From Escherichia coli (GTDB taxonomy: Bacteria; Pseudomonadota; Gammaproteobacteria; Enterobacterales; Enterobacteriaceae), in the NCBI RefSeq assembly GCF_044094645.1, contig NZ_CP172017.1: 24,000 bases of DNA. One strand, 5' to 3'. Each line of letters begins with the position of its first letter. Within the stretch, counting starts at the first letter, position 1. Under the pieces are notes generated by a model. It worked only from the letters and a program-made list of their open reading frames with translations, was not told the DNA's origin and did no database searches. Positions 1 through 14,758 of this stretch are shown here, piece by piece. Made by a program: the position numbers and the translations under genes.

Positions 1-1
1 G

Positions 2-799
2 GATGTCATTTTCCCGATTGTCCACGGTACGCTGGGCGAAGATGGTTCCTTGCAGGGAATGCTGCGGGTCGCCAATTTACCGTTTGTAGGTTCTGATGTT
101 CTGGCTTCAGCAGCCTGTATGGACAAAGATGTCACCAAACGTCTGCTACGCGATGCCGGGCTGAACATTGCGCCATTTATTACCCTGACGCGCGCCAATC
201 GTCACAACATTAGTTTTGCCGAAGTGGAGTCTAAACTGGGGTTACCACTGTTTGTAAAACCGGCTAATCAGGGCTCTTCTGTTGGTGTCAGCAAAGTAAC
301 CAGTGAAGAACAGTACGCAATTGCCGTCGATCTGGCGTTCGAGTTCGATCATAAAGTGATCGTTGAGCAAGGGATCAAAGGTCGTGAGATCGAATGCGCA
401 GTTCTGGGCAACGACAATCCGCAAGCCAGCACCTGTGGAGAGATCGTACTCACCAGCGATTTCTATGCCTACGACACCAAGTACATTGACGAAGATGGCG
501 CGAAAGTGGTAGTTCCGGCAGCCATTGCGCCAGAAATCAACGATAAGATCCGGGCGATTGCCGTTCAGGCTTATCAAACGTTGGGATGCGCAGGCATGGC
601 GCGTGTAGACGTGTTTTTAACCCCAGAGAACGAAGTGGTGATCAACGAGATCAACACCCTGCCTGGCTTCACTAATATCAGTATGTATCCGAAGCTGTGG
701 CAAGCCAGCGGTCTGGGTTACACCGATCTGATCACACGTTTGATTGAACTGGCGCTGGAGCGTCACGCTGCGGATAACGCATTGAAAACCACAATGTAA
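2..799 (+). CDS. ddlA: D-alanine--D-alanine ligase A, 3' portion (5' end outside window)
   Basis: Open frame from base 2 ([15 protein letters not shown]...) through ...GRDIECAVLG-like ATP-grasp segments ([35 protein letters not shown]) to TAA at 797-799; matches recalled DdlA. Confidence 0.97.
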   Translation, partial: DVIFPIVHGTLGEDGSLQGMLRVANLPFVGSDVLASAACMDKDVTKRLLRDAGLNIAPFITLTRANRHNISFAEVESKLGLPLFVKPANQGSSVGVSKVTSEEQYAIAVDLAFEFDHKVIVEQGIKGREIECAVLGNDNPQASTCGEIVLTSDFYAYDTKYIDEDGAKVVVPAAIAPEINDKIRAIAVQAYQTLGCAGMARVDVFLTPENEVVINEINTLPGFTNISMYPKLWQASGLGYTDLITRLIELALERHAADNALKTTM

Positions 800-801
800 T
801 A

Positions 802-838
802 TTTTAACGCCCGATAATATTCTTATTGGGCGTTTTCA
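802..838. terminator. Putative bidirectional rho-independent terminator between convergent ddlA and yaiZ
   Basis: AACGCCC (806-812) ... GGGCGTT (828-834), preceded by ATTTT and followed by TTT. Confidence 0.7.
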
Positions 839-1035
839 GTTTCTTCATCGCGACGACGAATAATCAACCCCGCCAGCCAGAAACTAATCACCCACGTCAC
901 CAGACCGACGGCATAGGTCTGCCAACCTTTTGCTTCAAATCCCAGTAACCCCACCACGCCATTAAGAATGAATATAAGGCCAATGGCGAACGCATAGTAG
1001 TGCCAGTCACGGCGGATTTTTACAGGCAGATTCAT
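823..1035 (-). CDS. yaiZ: Small inner-membrane protein YaiZ (70 aa; the ORF track extends further upstream than the likely start)
   Basis: MNLPVKIRRDWHYYAFAIGLIFILNGVVGLLGFEAKGWQTYAVGLVTWVISFWLAGLIIRRRDEETENAQ; two hydrophobic helices; ATG complement at 1033-1035. Confidence 0.85.
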   Translation of the reverse strand: MNLPVKIRRDWHYYAFAIGLIFILNGVVGLLGFEAKGWQTYAVGLVTWVISFWLAGLIIRRRDEETENAQ

Positions 1036-1294
1036 GGCAGCTCCGTTAACGAAAAACAACATCCTTGCATATTCTGCAACAACCGTCTGTGGTGTAGACA
1101 ACATTTTCGTAATTGTTAATAAATTTAACTTAAGGTTGCCATTTTGTGACTCACAACGAAGATTCACGCTTCGGGAATATTCCCAACATCAATTTACCAT
1201 GATTCTGATATTGACAATCTAAATGACCTGTCAGACTTGCCATAAGCCGCTGGTATCACACCAGAAGAGAAGCAGATGACTTCCGGAGGTTTTT

Positions 1295-1603
1295 ATGGCT
1301 GATTTCACCCTGTCAAAATCGCTGTTTAGCGGAAAATATCGCAATGCCTCTTCAACGCCTGGCAACATTGCCTATGCGTTGTTTGTGCTGTTTTGCTTTT
1401 GGGCTGGGGCGCAATTGCTGAACCTGTTAGTGCATGCGCCCGGCGTCTATGAGCGTTTAATGCAGGTCCAGGAAACAGGTCGCCCACGGGTGGAAATTGG
1501 TTTAGGTGTCGGCACCATTTTCGGGCTGATCCCGTTTTTAGTAGGCTGCCTCATTTTTGCAGTGGTGGCGCTATGGCTGCACTGGCGACATCGCCGCCAG
1601 TAA
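1295..1603 (+). CDS. yaiY: Inner-membrane protein YaiY, 102 aa
   Basis: Complete ORF with two hydrophobic segments; recalled YaiY sequence and neighbourhood. Confidence 0.85.
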
Positions 1604-1613
1604 GTTTTACATT

Positions 1614-1649
1614 GTCAGATGCGGCCTGAAACGCCTTATCTGGCCTGAC
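1614..1649. repeat. Single REP element between convergent yaiY and yaiW
   Basis: GTCAGATGCGGCCTGAAACGCCTTATCTGGCCTGAC, an imperfect palindrome of REP consensus. Confidence 0.85.
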
Positions 1650-1661
1650 ATTCCTGTTTGA

Positions 1662-2756
1662 TCACTGTTTCATACAACGCGCCCGCCGTTCGTCTACGCG
1701 CTTCGCAAACCAGGCCGTAGTCAGGTTGCGGGTGATTTTCGGGCTTTCCAGTTGAATGCCAGGCAACATTTCGCGGGGGAGTGATTTACCCGTTTTCGTT
1801 TCGGCAAGTTGATAAACTTTCTTGTACAGCGCCGTCTCCTCAAAAGAGAAGCTGTCACCTTTCTCTAACTGACGGCGAATTTCGCTGTCGCTCATCCCCA
1901 GTTTTGCAGCCAGTTTGCGCGTTGCCAGTTCGGTTTTCCCGGGTTCTTTACTGTCGTAACGAATTAAATCACCGTCCAGTGCCAGCTTCACGCCGCTGGC
2001 CTTACTGACCGCGTTCTGAAACGCGGCATTACGGCTGGCGTACCAGCCAGCGTTAAAATCAGCAAAACGGTATATCGGTGCGCTATAACTGGCGGGATAA
2101 TTCAGTAAATGGTAAGTACCAAACCACAACCCGCCGCGGCGACTGAAGACTTCCTGACGGACTGTACCGTCCATTTTCCACGGATACCCTTTGGTATGCT
2201 GTTCGGCAAAAGCAATGCTGACCTGCATCGGCCCACCGGTGCGCACCGGATTGAGCGAACCAAACAGCGTCTGCCCCATTGGCACCATGTTGATCAGATC
2301 GTCAAAAATCGCGCTCAATTGCTTTTCTGTACGCACCGAATCTAACCGTTCGCTATAACTTTTGCCGTTTGGCGATTTGATTTTTAGCGCGGTATGAACC
2401 AGAAAAGCAGGAATGTGCATCCGTTCAGCACGACGGTCAATCTCTTGCCAGGCGATCTTGCTTAAGCCCGGAACGGCCGGATCTGCCTGATAATTTGACT
2501 CCTGCTGCGCCACCGCCAGCACCGAGCAGACGTTTTCCAGCGTCGGTGCCAGCCCCTGACTTTCAAAGGTGGTGGCGAGATCTTTCGCCCAGGCATCGCG
2601 GTCTTTCACGCTCGCAGGCATCTTCTGCCGCACGACGCTCGCTACATCTATCGCTTTTTCGCCCTTTTTCAACGGTTGCGGAGCCTGACTACTACACCCC
2701 GCTAAAACCAGAACCGCCAACAATGACAGCGAAGATAGAGGATTGACGCGCGACAT
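1662..2756 (-). CDS. yaiW: Surface-exposed outer-membrane lipoprotein YaiW
   Basis: 364 aa; lipobox LVLAGC-SS near the N-terminus; directly downstream of sbmA with a 12-nt gap. Confidence 0.9.
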   Translation of the reverse strand: MSRVNPLSSLSLLAVLVLAGCSSQAPQPLKKGEKAIDVASVVRQKMPASVKDRDAWAKDLATTFESQGLAPTLENVCSVLAVAQQESNYQADPAVPGLSKIAWQEIDRRAERMHIPAFLVHTALKIKSPNGKSYSERLDSVRTEKQLSAIFDDLINMVPMGQTLFGSLNPVRTGGPMQVSIAFAEQHTKGYPWKMDGTVRQEVFSRRGGLWFGTYHLLNYPASYSAPIYRFADFNAGWYASRNAAFQNAVSKASGVKLALDGDLIRYDSKEPGKTELATRKLAAKLGMSDSEIRRQLEKGDSFSFEETALYKKVYQLAETKTGKSLPREMLPGIQLESPKITRNLTTAWFAKRVDERRARCMKQ

Positions 2757-2768
2757 TACTTCTCCTTT

Positions 2769-3989
2769 TTAGCTCAAGGTATGGGTTACTTCCTGAATTT
2801 TGTCACCATCCAGCTCATGTTCAAAGCTGCGCAGACGTTTGTAGATAGACATCAACTCAACCAGTGTGGTCCATGAGTTAATCAGGTACTGGAAAGCACC
2901 GCGAACCTGACCAAAAACGTTGGTAATCTGCGTCATCAGGCCGAGCGTAATCGTACCGGCAACAATTGACGGAAACAGCAAGAACAAACCGAAAACGTTA
3001 TCGACCTGCAAATAGAGAATGCGGGCGATGTTGAAATACATATAGTGAAAATAGAGGCGGAAATAGTTTTTCCGTACGGCGCTAAACAGCTCGCGTACCG
3101 TAGGCGGCGTCGCGCGCGTGGCATCGTCTTCACCATAAACCAGCTCTTTACGGTAGGCAGCCTCTACACGCTGGTTTTTAAACTCCAGCCCCGGCAGTTT
3201 GATCCCTACCACTGCCAGCAATCCGGTCCCCATCAGCGACCAGACGATTGCGGCAATCACCAGACCATACGGAATGTGCCCGATAATCGGCAGCTCCGGC
3301 ACATGCGCGGAGAGCGTTACCAGCACCGGCAGGAAGGCGATCAACGTCATGATGGCGTTGATAAAACTGACGCCCATATTCTCCAGCGTTGAAGCAAAAC
3401 GCATGGTGTCTTCCTGCACACGCTGTGCGGCCCCTTCGATATGACGCAGTTGTTGCCAGTTCGCCATGTAATATTCGTTCATCGCTGTACGCCAGCGGAA
3501 CACGTAGTGACTGACAAAGAAGTTGTTCAGCACACTGATCACCACAGCGATCAGCGCAATCCCCAGAAAGACGCCCACTTCGCGGTAAAATTGTTCGATG
3601 GTGACTTTATGCGGCGAACTTAGCGCGGTTTGAATCAGATCATAGAACGGCGCATACCAGGCGTTGACGGCGACCCCGACTTCCACCAAAAACCAGGTGA
3701 CGAAGATGATCAGTGCAGTACCGAGTATTGACCAGTATTGCCAACGATGCGGGCTGTAGATAAACCAGAACAATGCAAAAAGTCCTACGCAAACAATGTA
3801 GTAAGCGTAAAAAATCAGGAAATCCAACGACCAGAAACGCGCGGCGCTAATCGGGATCTGCCCGGAAGCGCCGGTGATACGCGCCACCCAGTCACCCCCA
3901 CCGGCTTGCCAGAAGATAACGGCAATCAATGCCCAAACGAAGGCCGAGAGAAAAAACGTTCCCGGCTTTGGGAAAAAAGACTTAAACAT
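2769..3989 (-). CDS. sbmA: SbmA peptide-antibiotic transporter (inner membrane), 406 aa
   Basis: [61 protein letters not shown]...; SbmA/BacA family; start chosen at the third residue of the track ORF (MHM-FKS). Confidence 0.95.
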   Translation of the reverse strand: MFKSFFPKPGTFFLSAFVWALIAVIFWQAGGGDWVARITGASGQIPISAARFWSLDFLIFYAYYIVCVGLFALFWFIYSPHRWQYWSILGTALIIFVTWFLVEVGVAVNAWYAPFYDLIQTALSSPHKVTIEQFYREVGVFLGIALIAVVISVLNNFFVSHYVFRWRTAMNEYYMANWQQLRHIEGAAQRVQEDTMRFASTLENMGVSFINAIMTLIAFLPVLVTLSAHVPELPIIGHIPYGLVIAAIVWSLMGTGLLAVVGIKLPGLEFKNQRVEAAYRKELVYGEDDATRATPPTVRELFSAVRKNYFRLYFHYMYFNIARILYLQVDNVFGLFLLFPSIVAGTITLGLMTQITNVFGQVRGAFQYLINSWTTLVELMSIYKRLRSFEHELDGDKIQEVTHTLS

Positions 3990-4340
3990 ATGCACTCCTG
4001 CTAACTTCTTATCGTTTTAACAACTGCTGTGTATTAACCGCATGACCGCTACAAAGCGTCAGCCAAATGAAACCGCCCATTGTGACCCATAGCAAGGCGC
4101 TTAGTTCGCCAGCCTGACCATAAGAATTGTTTCGACGGATTTCACAAACCAAAGATTGTTTACATAAGCGGATTAACACGCGCAGGATCACAAATGCAGG
4201 CATTGGTGAGCAGGAAAAAGATCGTGTTTACGCGCCGTTACGTTTTTAACACTATTATTGCACTAATTCGCCCTTTGCAATCTATCAATGAGTAGTATAA
4301 ATACGCTCAGTTACCTTCATTCAATCTATGGACACCACCG

Positions 4341-5498
4341 TTGAAACGTAGTCTGCTTTTTTCTGCCGTGCTGTGTGCGGCGTCATTGACCTCCGTCCAT
4401 GCGGCGCAGCCGATCACTGAACCGGAGTTTGCCTCTGATATTGTCGATCGTTATGCCGATCATATTTTTTACGGCAGCGGTGCCACGGGGATGGCTCTGG
4501 TTGTTATCGACGGTAACCAGCGCGTCTTTCGCAGTTATGGCGAAACGCGACCTGGTAATAACGTTCGCCCGCAGCTGGATTCGGTCGTGCGTATTGCTTC
4601 CCTCACCAAGCTAATGACCAGTGAGATGCTGGTGAAATTGCTCGACCAGGGGACCGTGAAGTTAAACGATCCGCTAAGTAAATATGCTCCGCCAGGCGCA
4701 CGCGTGCCAACCTACAATGGGACGCCCATTACGCTGGTCAATCTGGCAACCCATACCAGCGCCCTGCCCCGTGAACAGCCCGGTGGCGCGGCACATCGTC
4801 CGGTGTTTGTCTGGCCAACGCGCGAGCAACGCTGGAAATACCTTTCTACGGCGAAGCTGAAAGCCGCGCCAGGCAGTCAGGCGGCGTACTCTAACCTTGC
4901 GTTCGACCTGCTGGCAGATGCACTGGCGAATGCGTCCGGCAAGCCTTATACCCAGTTGTTTGAAGAGCAGATTACCCGTCCATTGGGGATGAAAGACACC
5001 ACCTACACCCCCTCACCGGATCAGTGCCGCCGTTTAATGGTTGCTGAGCGCGGTGCCAGTCCGTGCAATAACACGCTGGCGGCAATTGGCAGCGGCGGCG
5101 TCTATTCCACGCCTGGCGATATGATGCGCTGGATGCAGCAGTATTTGTCATCTGATTTTTATCAGCGCAGTAACCAGGCAGATCGCATGCAGACGTTGAT
5201 TTATCAGCGCGCGCAGTTTACGAAAGTGATTGGCATGGATGTCCCCGGCAAAGCGGATGCGCTTGGTTTAGGTTGGGTATATATGGCCCCGAAAGAGGGT
5301 CGTCCGGGGATTATTCAGAAGACAGGCGGTGGTGGCGGTTTCATTACCTATATGGCGATGATCCCGCAGAAGAATATTGGCGCGTTTGTGGTGGTCACTC
5401 GTTCGCCGTTGACGCGCTTTAAAAATATGAGCGATGGCATCAATGACCTGGTGACCGAGCTAAGCGGGAATAAACCGTTGGTTATCCCCGCGTCCTGA
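4341..5498 (+). CDS. ampH: AmpH, penicillin-binding protein / beta-lactamase-fold DD-carboxypeptidase/endopeptidase
   Basis: 385 aa; signal peptide MKRSLLFSAVLCAASLTSVHAAQ; SLTK active-site motif (IASLTKLMTSEML); YSN motif. Confidence 0.95.
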   Translation: MKRSLLFSAVLCAASLTSVHAAQPITEPEFASDIVDRYADHIFYGSGATGMALVVIDGNQRVFRSYGETRPGNNVRPQLDSVVRIASLTKLMTSEMLVKLLDQGTVKLNDPLSKYAPPGARVPTYNGTPITLVNLATHTSALPREQPGGAAHRPVFVWPTREQRWKYLSTAKLKAAPGSQAAYSNLAFDLLADALANASGKPYTQLFEEQITRPLGMKDTTYTPSPDQCRRLMVAERGASPCNNTLAAIGSGGVYSTPGDMMRWMQQYLSSDFYQRSNQADRMQTLIYQRAQFTKVIGMDVPGKADALGLGWVYMAPKEGRPGIIQKTGGGGGFITYMAMIPQKNIGAFVVVTRSPLTRFKNMSDGINDLVTELSGNKPLVIPAS

Positions 5499-6187
<689 letters not shown>

Positions 6188-6188
6188 T

Positions 6189-9197
<3,009 letters not shown>

Positions 9198-9722
9198 TTG
9201 TCATCCCTCCTCAGGGACGTAATAAGTTGATCCATCAATTATCAATGCATAGAAAACATATTATGTTTCGCGCTAACGATTATGCTGCGTTACAGACGAA
9301 TGGTTCAATTATTCTTTCCCCTAAGTCCGAATGTGGACATATATAAAGCACGTGAACACACACAAAGAAAGAAATAACAAAAACACAATATTTCAATACG
9401 TTAATGAAAGCGTTAATTTTAAAACATAGACCATGAAAATATAAAACAACAAAAACAGACAAATAATGTATCAATAAGCAATGAACTTTAAGCTATTCAC
9501 TTTTTGGAAACGTCACCAAATCCCCAAAAACAATAATCTATGGCTATAAATAAAAATTAAAAATATTTTCAGTGAATATGAAATTATTGCTATTTCTATT
9601 ACAAAGATGTCCTGACCTCTTTTCCATTCTCTTCTTGTCAACATCGCGACAACTTTCGTAAAACATCCCTACCCTGCTTCAGGTATACTATGCCCCTCGA
9701 TTCCACAAACATCAGGCAGACC

Positions 9723-10697
9723 ATGACAGACTTAATCCAACGCCCTCGTCGCCTGCGCAAATCTCCTGCGCTGCGCGCTATGTTTGAAGAGACAACACTT
9801 AGCCTTAACGACCTGGTGTTGCCGATCTTTGTTGAAGAAGAAATTGACGACTACAAAGCCGTTGAAGCCATGCCAGGCGTGATGCGCATTCCAGAGAAAC
9901 ATCTGGCACGCGAAATTGAACGCATCGCCAACGCCGGTATTCGTTCCGTGATGACTTTTGGCATCTCTCACCATACCGATGAAACCGGCAGCGATGCCTG
10001 GCGGGAAGATGGACTGGTGGCGCGTATGTCGCGCATCTGCAAGCAGACCGTGCCAGAAATGATCGTTATGTCAGACACCTGCTTCTGTGAATACACTTCT
10101 CACGGTCACTGCGGTGTGCTGTGCGAGCATGGCGTCGACAACGACGCGACTCTGGAAAATTTAGGCAAGCAAGCCGTGGTTGCAGCTGCTGCAGGTGCAG
10201 ACTTCATCGCCCCTTCCGCCGCGATGGACGGCCAGGTACAGGCGATTCGTCAGGCGCTGGACGCTGCGGGATTTAAAGATACGGCGATTATGTCGTATTC
10301 GACCAAGTTCGCCTCCTCCTTTTATGGCCCGTTCCGTGAAGCTGCCGGAAGCGCATTAAAAGGCGACCGCAAAAGCTATCAGATGAACCCAATGAACCGT
10401 CGTGAGGCGATTCGTGAATCACTGCTGGATGAAGCCCAGGGCGCAGACTGCCTGATGGTTAAACCTGCTGGAGCGTACCTCGACATCGTGCGTGAGCTGC
10501 GTGAACGTACTGAATTGCCGATTGGCGCGTATCAGGTGAGCGGTGAGTATGCGATGATTAAGTTCGCCGCGCTGGCGGGTGCTATAGATGAAGAGAAAGT
10601 CGTGCTCGAAAGCTTAGGTTCGATTAAGCGTGCGGGTGCGGATCTGATTTTCAGCTACTTTGCGCTGGATTTGGCTGAGAAGAAGATTCTGCGTTAA
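9723..10697 (+). CDS. hemB: Delta-aminolevulinic acid dehydratase (porphobilinogen synthase), 324 aa
   Basis: [37 protein letters not shown]...; ALAD active-site regions ([34 protein letters not shown]); start shifted from the track ORF to ATG 9723. Confidence 0.97.
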
Positions 10698-10705
10698 TGA
10701 TCATT

Positions 10706-10729
10706 ATGCCGGGTTATCCAACCCGGCAT
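10706..10729. terminator. Perfect stem-loop between convergent hemB and tauD, probable terminator
   Basis: ATGCCGGGTT-ATCC-AACCCGGCAT, perfect 10-bp arms; only a short T run follows on the + side. Confidence 0.65.
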
Positions 10730-10736
10730 TTCCCCC

Positions 10737-11588
10737 TTACCCCGCCCGATAAAACGGAATATCCCCAAGGATCGTCGCCCGATGCATTATCCGTCGCTGT
10801 GGCAGGTAATCGGCATTGGCATAGTGCTGGGTCACGCGGTTATCCCAAATCGCAATATCATTTGGTTGCCAGCGCCAGCGCACCTGAAACTCCGGTTTGG
10901 TGATATGGGCAAACAAAAAACTTAACAAGGCTTCGCTCTCTTTCTCGCTCACATCAACAATTCGCGTAGTAAAGCCTTCATTCACAAACAGCGCCTGTTT
11001 ACCGCTCACCGGATGCGTTCGCACCACCGGATGTAGCAACGGCGGGTTTTTCGCGACCGCCTCGCGCCAGCGTTGATGTTCCTCCTCGGTTTTGCGGTAT
11101 TTGTATTCCGGGAACGATTTACGGAAATCATGCTCCGCACGCAGCCCACTCAGCAGCTGGCGGAAGGGAACAGAGAGCGCCTCATATGCGGCAATACCGC
11201 TGGTCCAGAGCGTATCACCGCCGGTCGAAGGTAACTCTTTAGCTGCCAGAATCGCCCCTGCGGGTGGCGTTTCAATAAATGTCACATCGGTATGCCAGTT
11301 GTCGTTATCTGGCGGATTATCGTTATGGGTATCCAGCACGATGATCTCGTCAACCCCTTCGGCATGCGGGTAAACAGGGTGAATATGCAATTCGCCAAAA
11401 CGCTGGGCCAGCGCGCGTTGCTGCTGCGGCGTAATAGCTTGATCGCGTAGAAACACCACCTGATGGCGCAGCACCGCATGGTAAAGCTGTTCAAACTGAT
11501 TATCGCTTAACGGGCGCGTCAGGTCGGCACCCGAAATTTGTGCGCCGATATACGGCCCCAGCGGGGTAATGCTCAGACGTTCACTCAT
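10737..11588 (-). CDS. tauD: Taurine dioxygenase (alpha-ketoglutarate dependent)
   Basis: 283 aa; [28 protein letters not shown]..., HTD motif ([13 protein letters not shown]); operon position. Confidence 0.97.
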   Translation of the reverse strand: MSERLSITPLGPYIGAQISGADLTRPLSDNQFEQLYHAVLRHQVVFLRDQAITPQQQRALAQRFGELHIHPVYPHAEGVDEIIVLDTHNDNPPDNDNWHTDVTFIETPPAGAILAAKELPSTGGDTLWTSGIAAYEALSVPFRQLLSGLRAEHDFRKSFPEYKYRKTEEEHQRWREAVAKNPPLLHPVVRTHPVSGKQALFVNEGFTTRIVDVSEKESEALLSFLFAHITKPEFQVRWRWQPNDIAIWDNRVTQHYANADYLPQRRIMHRATILGDIPFYRAG

Positions 11589-12412
11589 TGTACTTCTCCA
11601 TGCCAGGGCGTCAGGCGGCGCTGTAACGCGCGCAGACCCAGTTCTAAAAGAAAGGCGATAATCGCAATCACCGCGATCCCCGCCAGCACCACGTCAGTTG
11701 CGAGAAATTCACCCGCTGACTGAACCATAAATCCTAAACCGCGCGTCGCGGCAATCAGCTCCGCCGCCACCAGCGTAGACCAGCCCACCCCCAGACCAAT
11801 ACGTAATCCGGTGAGGATTTCCGGCAGCGCACCGGGCAAAATGACAAACCACAGCACCTGCGCACGGCTGGCACCCAGCGACTGGGCGGCACGAATGCGA
11901 ACCTGCTGCACGCTTTTCACCCCCGCCAGCGCCGACATCGCCACCGGTGCAAAAATCGCTAAATAGATCAGTAAGATCTTCGAGGTTTCACCAATACCAA
12001 ACCAGATCACCATCAGCGGCAAATAAGCCAGCGGCGGCACCGGACGATAAAGCTCGATTATCGGATCCAGAATGCCGCGTACCGTAGGGCTAAGTCCCAT
12101 CGCGATCCCGACCGGAATACCGAACAACACCGCTGCAAATAGCGCCAGCACAATGCGCGTCAGGCTGGCTGCCAGATGCTGCCACAGCGTGGCGTCCATA
12201 AATCCCTGCGGCCCGGCAATGGTGAGCAGTTTTGCCAGTACCTGTTGCGGTGGCGGCAAAAACAGCGGGCTAATCAGTTGCAGCGCCGCGACTACCCACC
12301 ATACGGTGAGTAAAACCGCTAACGTGCCAATGCTTAAGGTCACCTGACGCGAGAGCGGCCAGCGCCATTTCAGCCGCCGCGAATGCAGTTTTTCATTAAT
12401 GAGCACACTCAT
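11585..12412 (-). CDS. tauC: Taurine ABC transporter permease
   Basis: 275 aa; binding-protein-dependent permease EAA-like segment ([32 protein letters not shown]); 4-nt overlap with tauD. Confidence 0.97.
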   Translation of the reverse strand: MSVLINEKLHSRRLKWRWPLSRQVTLSIGTLAVLLTVWWVVAALQLISPLFLPPPQQVLAKLLTIAGPQGFMDATLWQHLAASLTRIVLALFAAVLFGIPVGIAMGLSPTVRGILDPIIELYRPVPPLAYLPLMVIWFGIGETSKILLIYLAIFAPVAMSALAGVKSVQQVRIRAAQSLGASRAQVLWFVILPGALPEILTGLRIGLGVGWSTLVAAELIAATRGLGFMVQSAGEFLATDVVLAGIAVIAIIAFLLELGLRALQRRLTPWHGEVQ

Positions 12413-13176
12413 GAGAACGCCTCCCGTTGCTCAAATACGCGGCTTAAAACATATTCGCGCATGGCGATGAATTGTGGATCGGACTTGATGCTGCGGCTCG
12501 ACTCTCCCGCAACAAAGCGGCGAGCAAAGTTGAGCGGCAGCCGCTCCAGCACACGGCCAGGGCCGGATGAAAGCAGAACCAGTTCAGTCGCCATAAACAC
12601 CGCTTCTTCTATATCGTGGGTAATCAACAGCACCTGCTTGCCCGTCTCCTGCCAGAGTTTCAGCAGCAGGGTTTGCATCTGGTCGCGGGTGAAGGCGTCC
12701 AGCGCACCAAACGGTTCGTCGAGTAATAACAGCTGGGGATTCGCCGCCAGCGCACGAGCAATCCCCACCCGCTGACGTTGACCACCGGAAAGCTGCCAGA
12801 TGTAGCGTTTTTCTGCGCCTTCCAGCCCCACTTTTTTCAGCATCTGGTGCGCGATTTCCAGTCGCTGCATTTTCTCTATACCTGCCAATTGCAGGCCGAA
12901 CGCCACGTTGTCCTGTACATTGCGCCACGGTAGTAGCCCTTCATTCTGAAAAACTACGCCACGCTCTGCTCCCGGTCCCTCAATACGCTTACCCGCCAGT
13001 TGAATGCTGCCATGCTGATAAGGCACAAAACCGGCAATCAGATTCAGCAGGGTGGTTTTACCGCAGCCGGACGGCCCCAGCACCACCAGTAGCTCGCCGC
13101 TTTCCAGCGTCAGGTTGATATCTTCCAGTGCCGGTTTGCCGCCATAATCGGCGTAAAGATGAGAGATTTGCAGCAT
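12409..13176 (-). CDS. tauB: Taurine ABC transporter ATPase
   Basis: 255 aa; Walker [10 protein letters not shown], signature LSGGQRQR, Walker [13 protein letters not shown]; 4-nt overlap with tauC. Confidence 0.97.
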   Translation of the reverse strand: MLQISHLYADYGGKPALEDINLTLESGELLVVLGPSGCGKTTLLNLIAGFVPYQHGSIQLAGKRIEGPGAERGVVFQNEGLLPWRNVQDNVAFGLQLAGIEKMQRLEIAHQMLKKVGLEGAEKRYIWQLSGGQRQRVGIARALAANPQLLLLDEPFGALDAFTRDQMQTLLLKLWQETGKQVLLITHDIEEAVFMATELVLLSSGPGRVLERLPLNFARRFVAGESSRSIKSDPQFIAMREYVLSRVFEQREAFS

Positions 13177-13188
13177 CTGCGCCTCCTT

Positions 13189-14151
13189 TTATTGCACGAA
13201 GCGCGAGGTAACGTACTGGCTGTAATCATTCGCTACAGCCGGGACCTTGCCCTGCTCTTTCAAAAACTGCGCGGTGTCGATGATCGCTTTGTTCACCGGT
13301 CCGGTCAGTTCTGCCGTTTGTTGCTGCGGCGTCAGATAGGTATTCCCCTTCACCAGCCCCGGAACGTCACCTTCAGGCACGCCGCTTAAACGCGCCAGTT
13401 TGCTGATGTTTTCCGGCTGTTTCAGCCACACGTCTGGGTTAGCAATGTACGGTTGCTGAGCATCGATGGCGCTTTTAGCGAACGCTTTCACGACCTCAGG
13501 ATGTTTCTCGGCAAAATCTTTGCGCACCACCCAGACGTCCAGCGTTGGCGCGCCCCACTGCCCGACCTGTTCAGAATCGGTCAACACCTTGCCGTCTTTT
13601 TCCAGGGCGTTAACCGCCGGTGCCCAGACATAAGCACCATCAATATCTCCCCGCTGCCAGGCAGCGATAATCGCGGGCGGCTGCAGGTTCACAATCTCCA
13701 CTTGCCCGGGTTTAATGCCCCAGTGTTTCAGTGCCGCCAGCAGGCTGTAGTGGGTGGTGGAGATAAACGGTACGGCGATGCGTTTGCCAATCAGATCTTC
13801 CGGTTTGCTGATAGTTTTCTTTACCACCAGCGCTTCGGAGTTACCCAGTTTTGACGCCAGCAAGAAGACTTCAATCGGCACCTGTTGGCTGGCTGCAACC
13901 GCTAACGGGCTGGAACCGAGGTTGCCGATTTGCACGTCGCCTGAAGCCAGCGCCCGCACGATGCTGGCTCCGCTGTCAAACTTACGCCAGTCCACGGTTG
14001 CTCCGCTTTCTTTAGCAAAGGTGTTGTCGGCCTGAGCCACTTTCGCCGGTTCGGCTGAGGTTTGATACGCCACGGTGACGTTCACCGCCTGTGCCTGAAA
14101 AGCGATGAATGCCAGTGCGGCAAGAAGTGTGTTACGCGATGAAATTGCCAT
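13189..14151 (-). CDS. tauA: Taurine periplasmic binding protein
   Basis: 320 aa from MAISSRNTLLAALAFIAFQAQAVNVTVAYQTSAEPAKVAQ; the upstream extension in the track ORF is probably not translated. Confidence 0.96.
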   Translation of the reverse strand: MAISSRNTLLAALAFIAFQAQAVNVTVAYQTSAEPAKVAQADNTFAKESGATVDWRKFDSGASIVRALASGDVQIGNLGSSPLAVAASQQVPIEVFLLASKLGNSEALVVKKTISKPEDLIGKRIAVPFISTTHYSLLAALKHWGIKPGQVEIVNLQPPAIIAAWQRGDIDGAYVWAPAVNALEKDGKVLTDSEQVGQWGAPTLDVWVVRKDFAEKHPEVVKAFAKSAIDAQQPYIANPDVWLKQPENISKLARLSGVPEGDVPGLVKGNTYLTPQQQTAELTGPVNKAIIDTAQFLKEQGKVPAVANDYSQYVTSRFVQ

Positions 14152-14758
14152 GATTGTCTGCTCCCCTGTCTTGTTATGGGAGCAGTATTCAGGAATAAAA
14201 ACATTCATTAAAAGAATTAGTCGTTATCGCACAGATGATTTTATTCTTAGCAAAAAAACGGCTAAGGAAAGATTAAATATGCAATTACGCCCACTCTGAT
14301 AACTCAGTAAATTACTGCACTTCATTTTATTAATGCATAAACAAGCAGGTTCTAATGTCTGTTATTTTATTAACAGCAACACATATAATGAAACCATTAT
14401 ATTCACATTGCATATATAAATGTATCATTCTCAATCAACCACATAATGTATTCACATAATGTATATAATCAATATTTGTGCATAGAACATATTTTTAATA
14501 TGCAATTAATTGACAAACTAAATCACATTTAAATACAATATATAAAACAAAATAACCATACAAACCAAACACACAAACACTTAACATATGAACTACATAA
14601 AAGATTACACACTCTTATCCCCGTACCTGACAGCCCCTTGTTTTTCAGCTATCAGCTATTTTTAACACTTAAAAATTAGCATCTGTCTGCGCCAGAGATT
14701 ACGTCTCTGAGTGCATCGTTGTGCTTGTAGTATAATAAATAAAATGGAGTGTCATTAA

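Noticed and set aside
4009-4203. 64-aa minus-strand ORF upstream of sbmA
   Set aside because: Short ORF in the sbmA/ampH divergent intergenic region; no motif or signal to support translation.
12383-12775. 130-aa + strand ORF overlapping tauC/tauB, and other antisense ORFs over tau, sbmA, ampH, hemB and frmB
   Set aside because: All lie opposite strongly supported genes and have no motifs; they are a codon-usage artefact.
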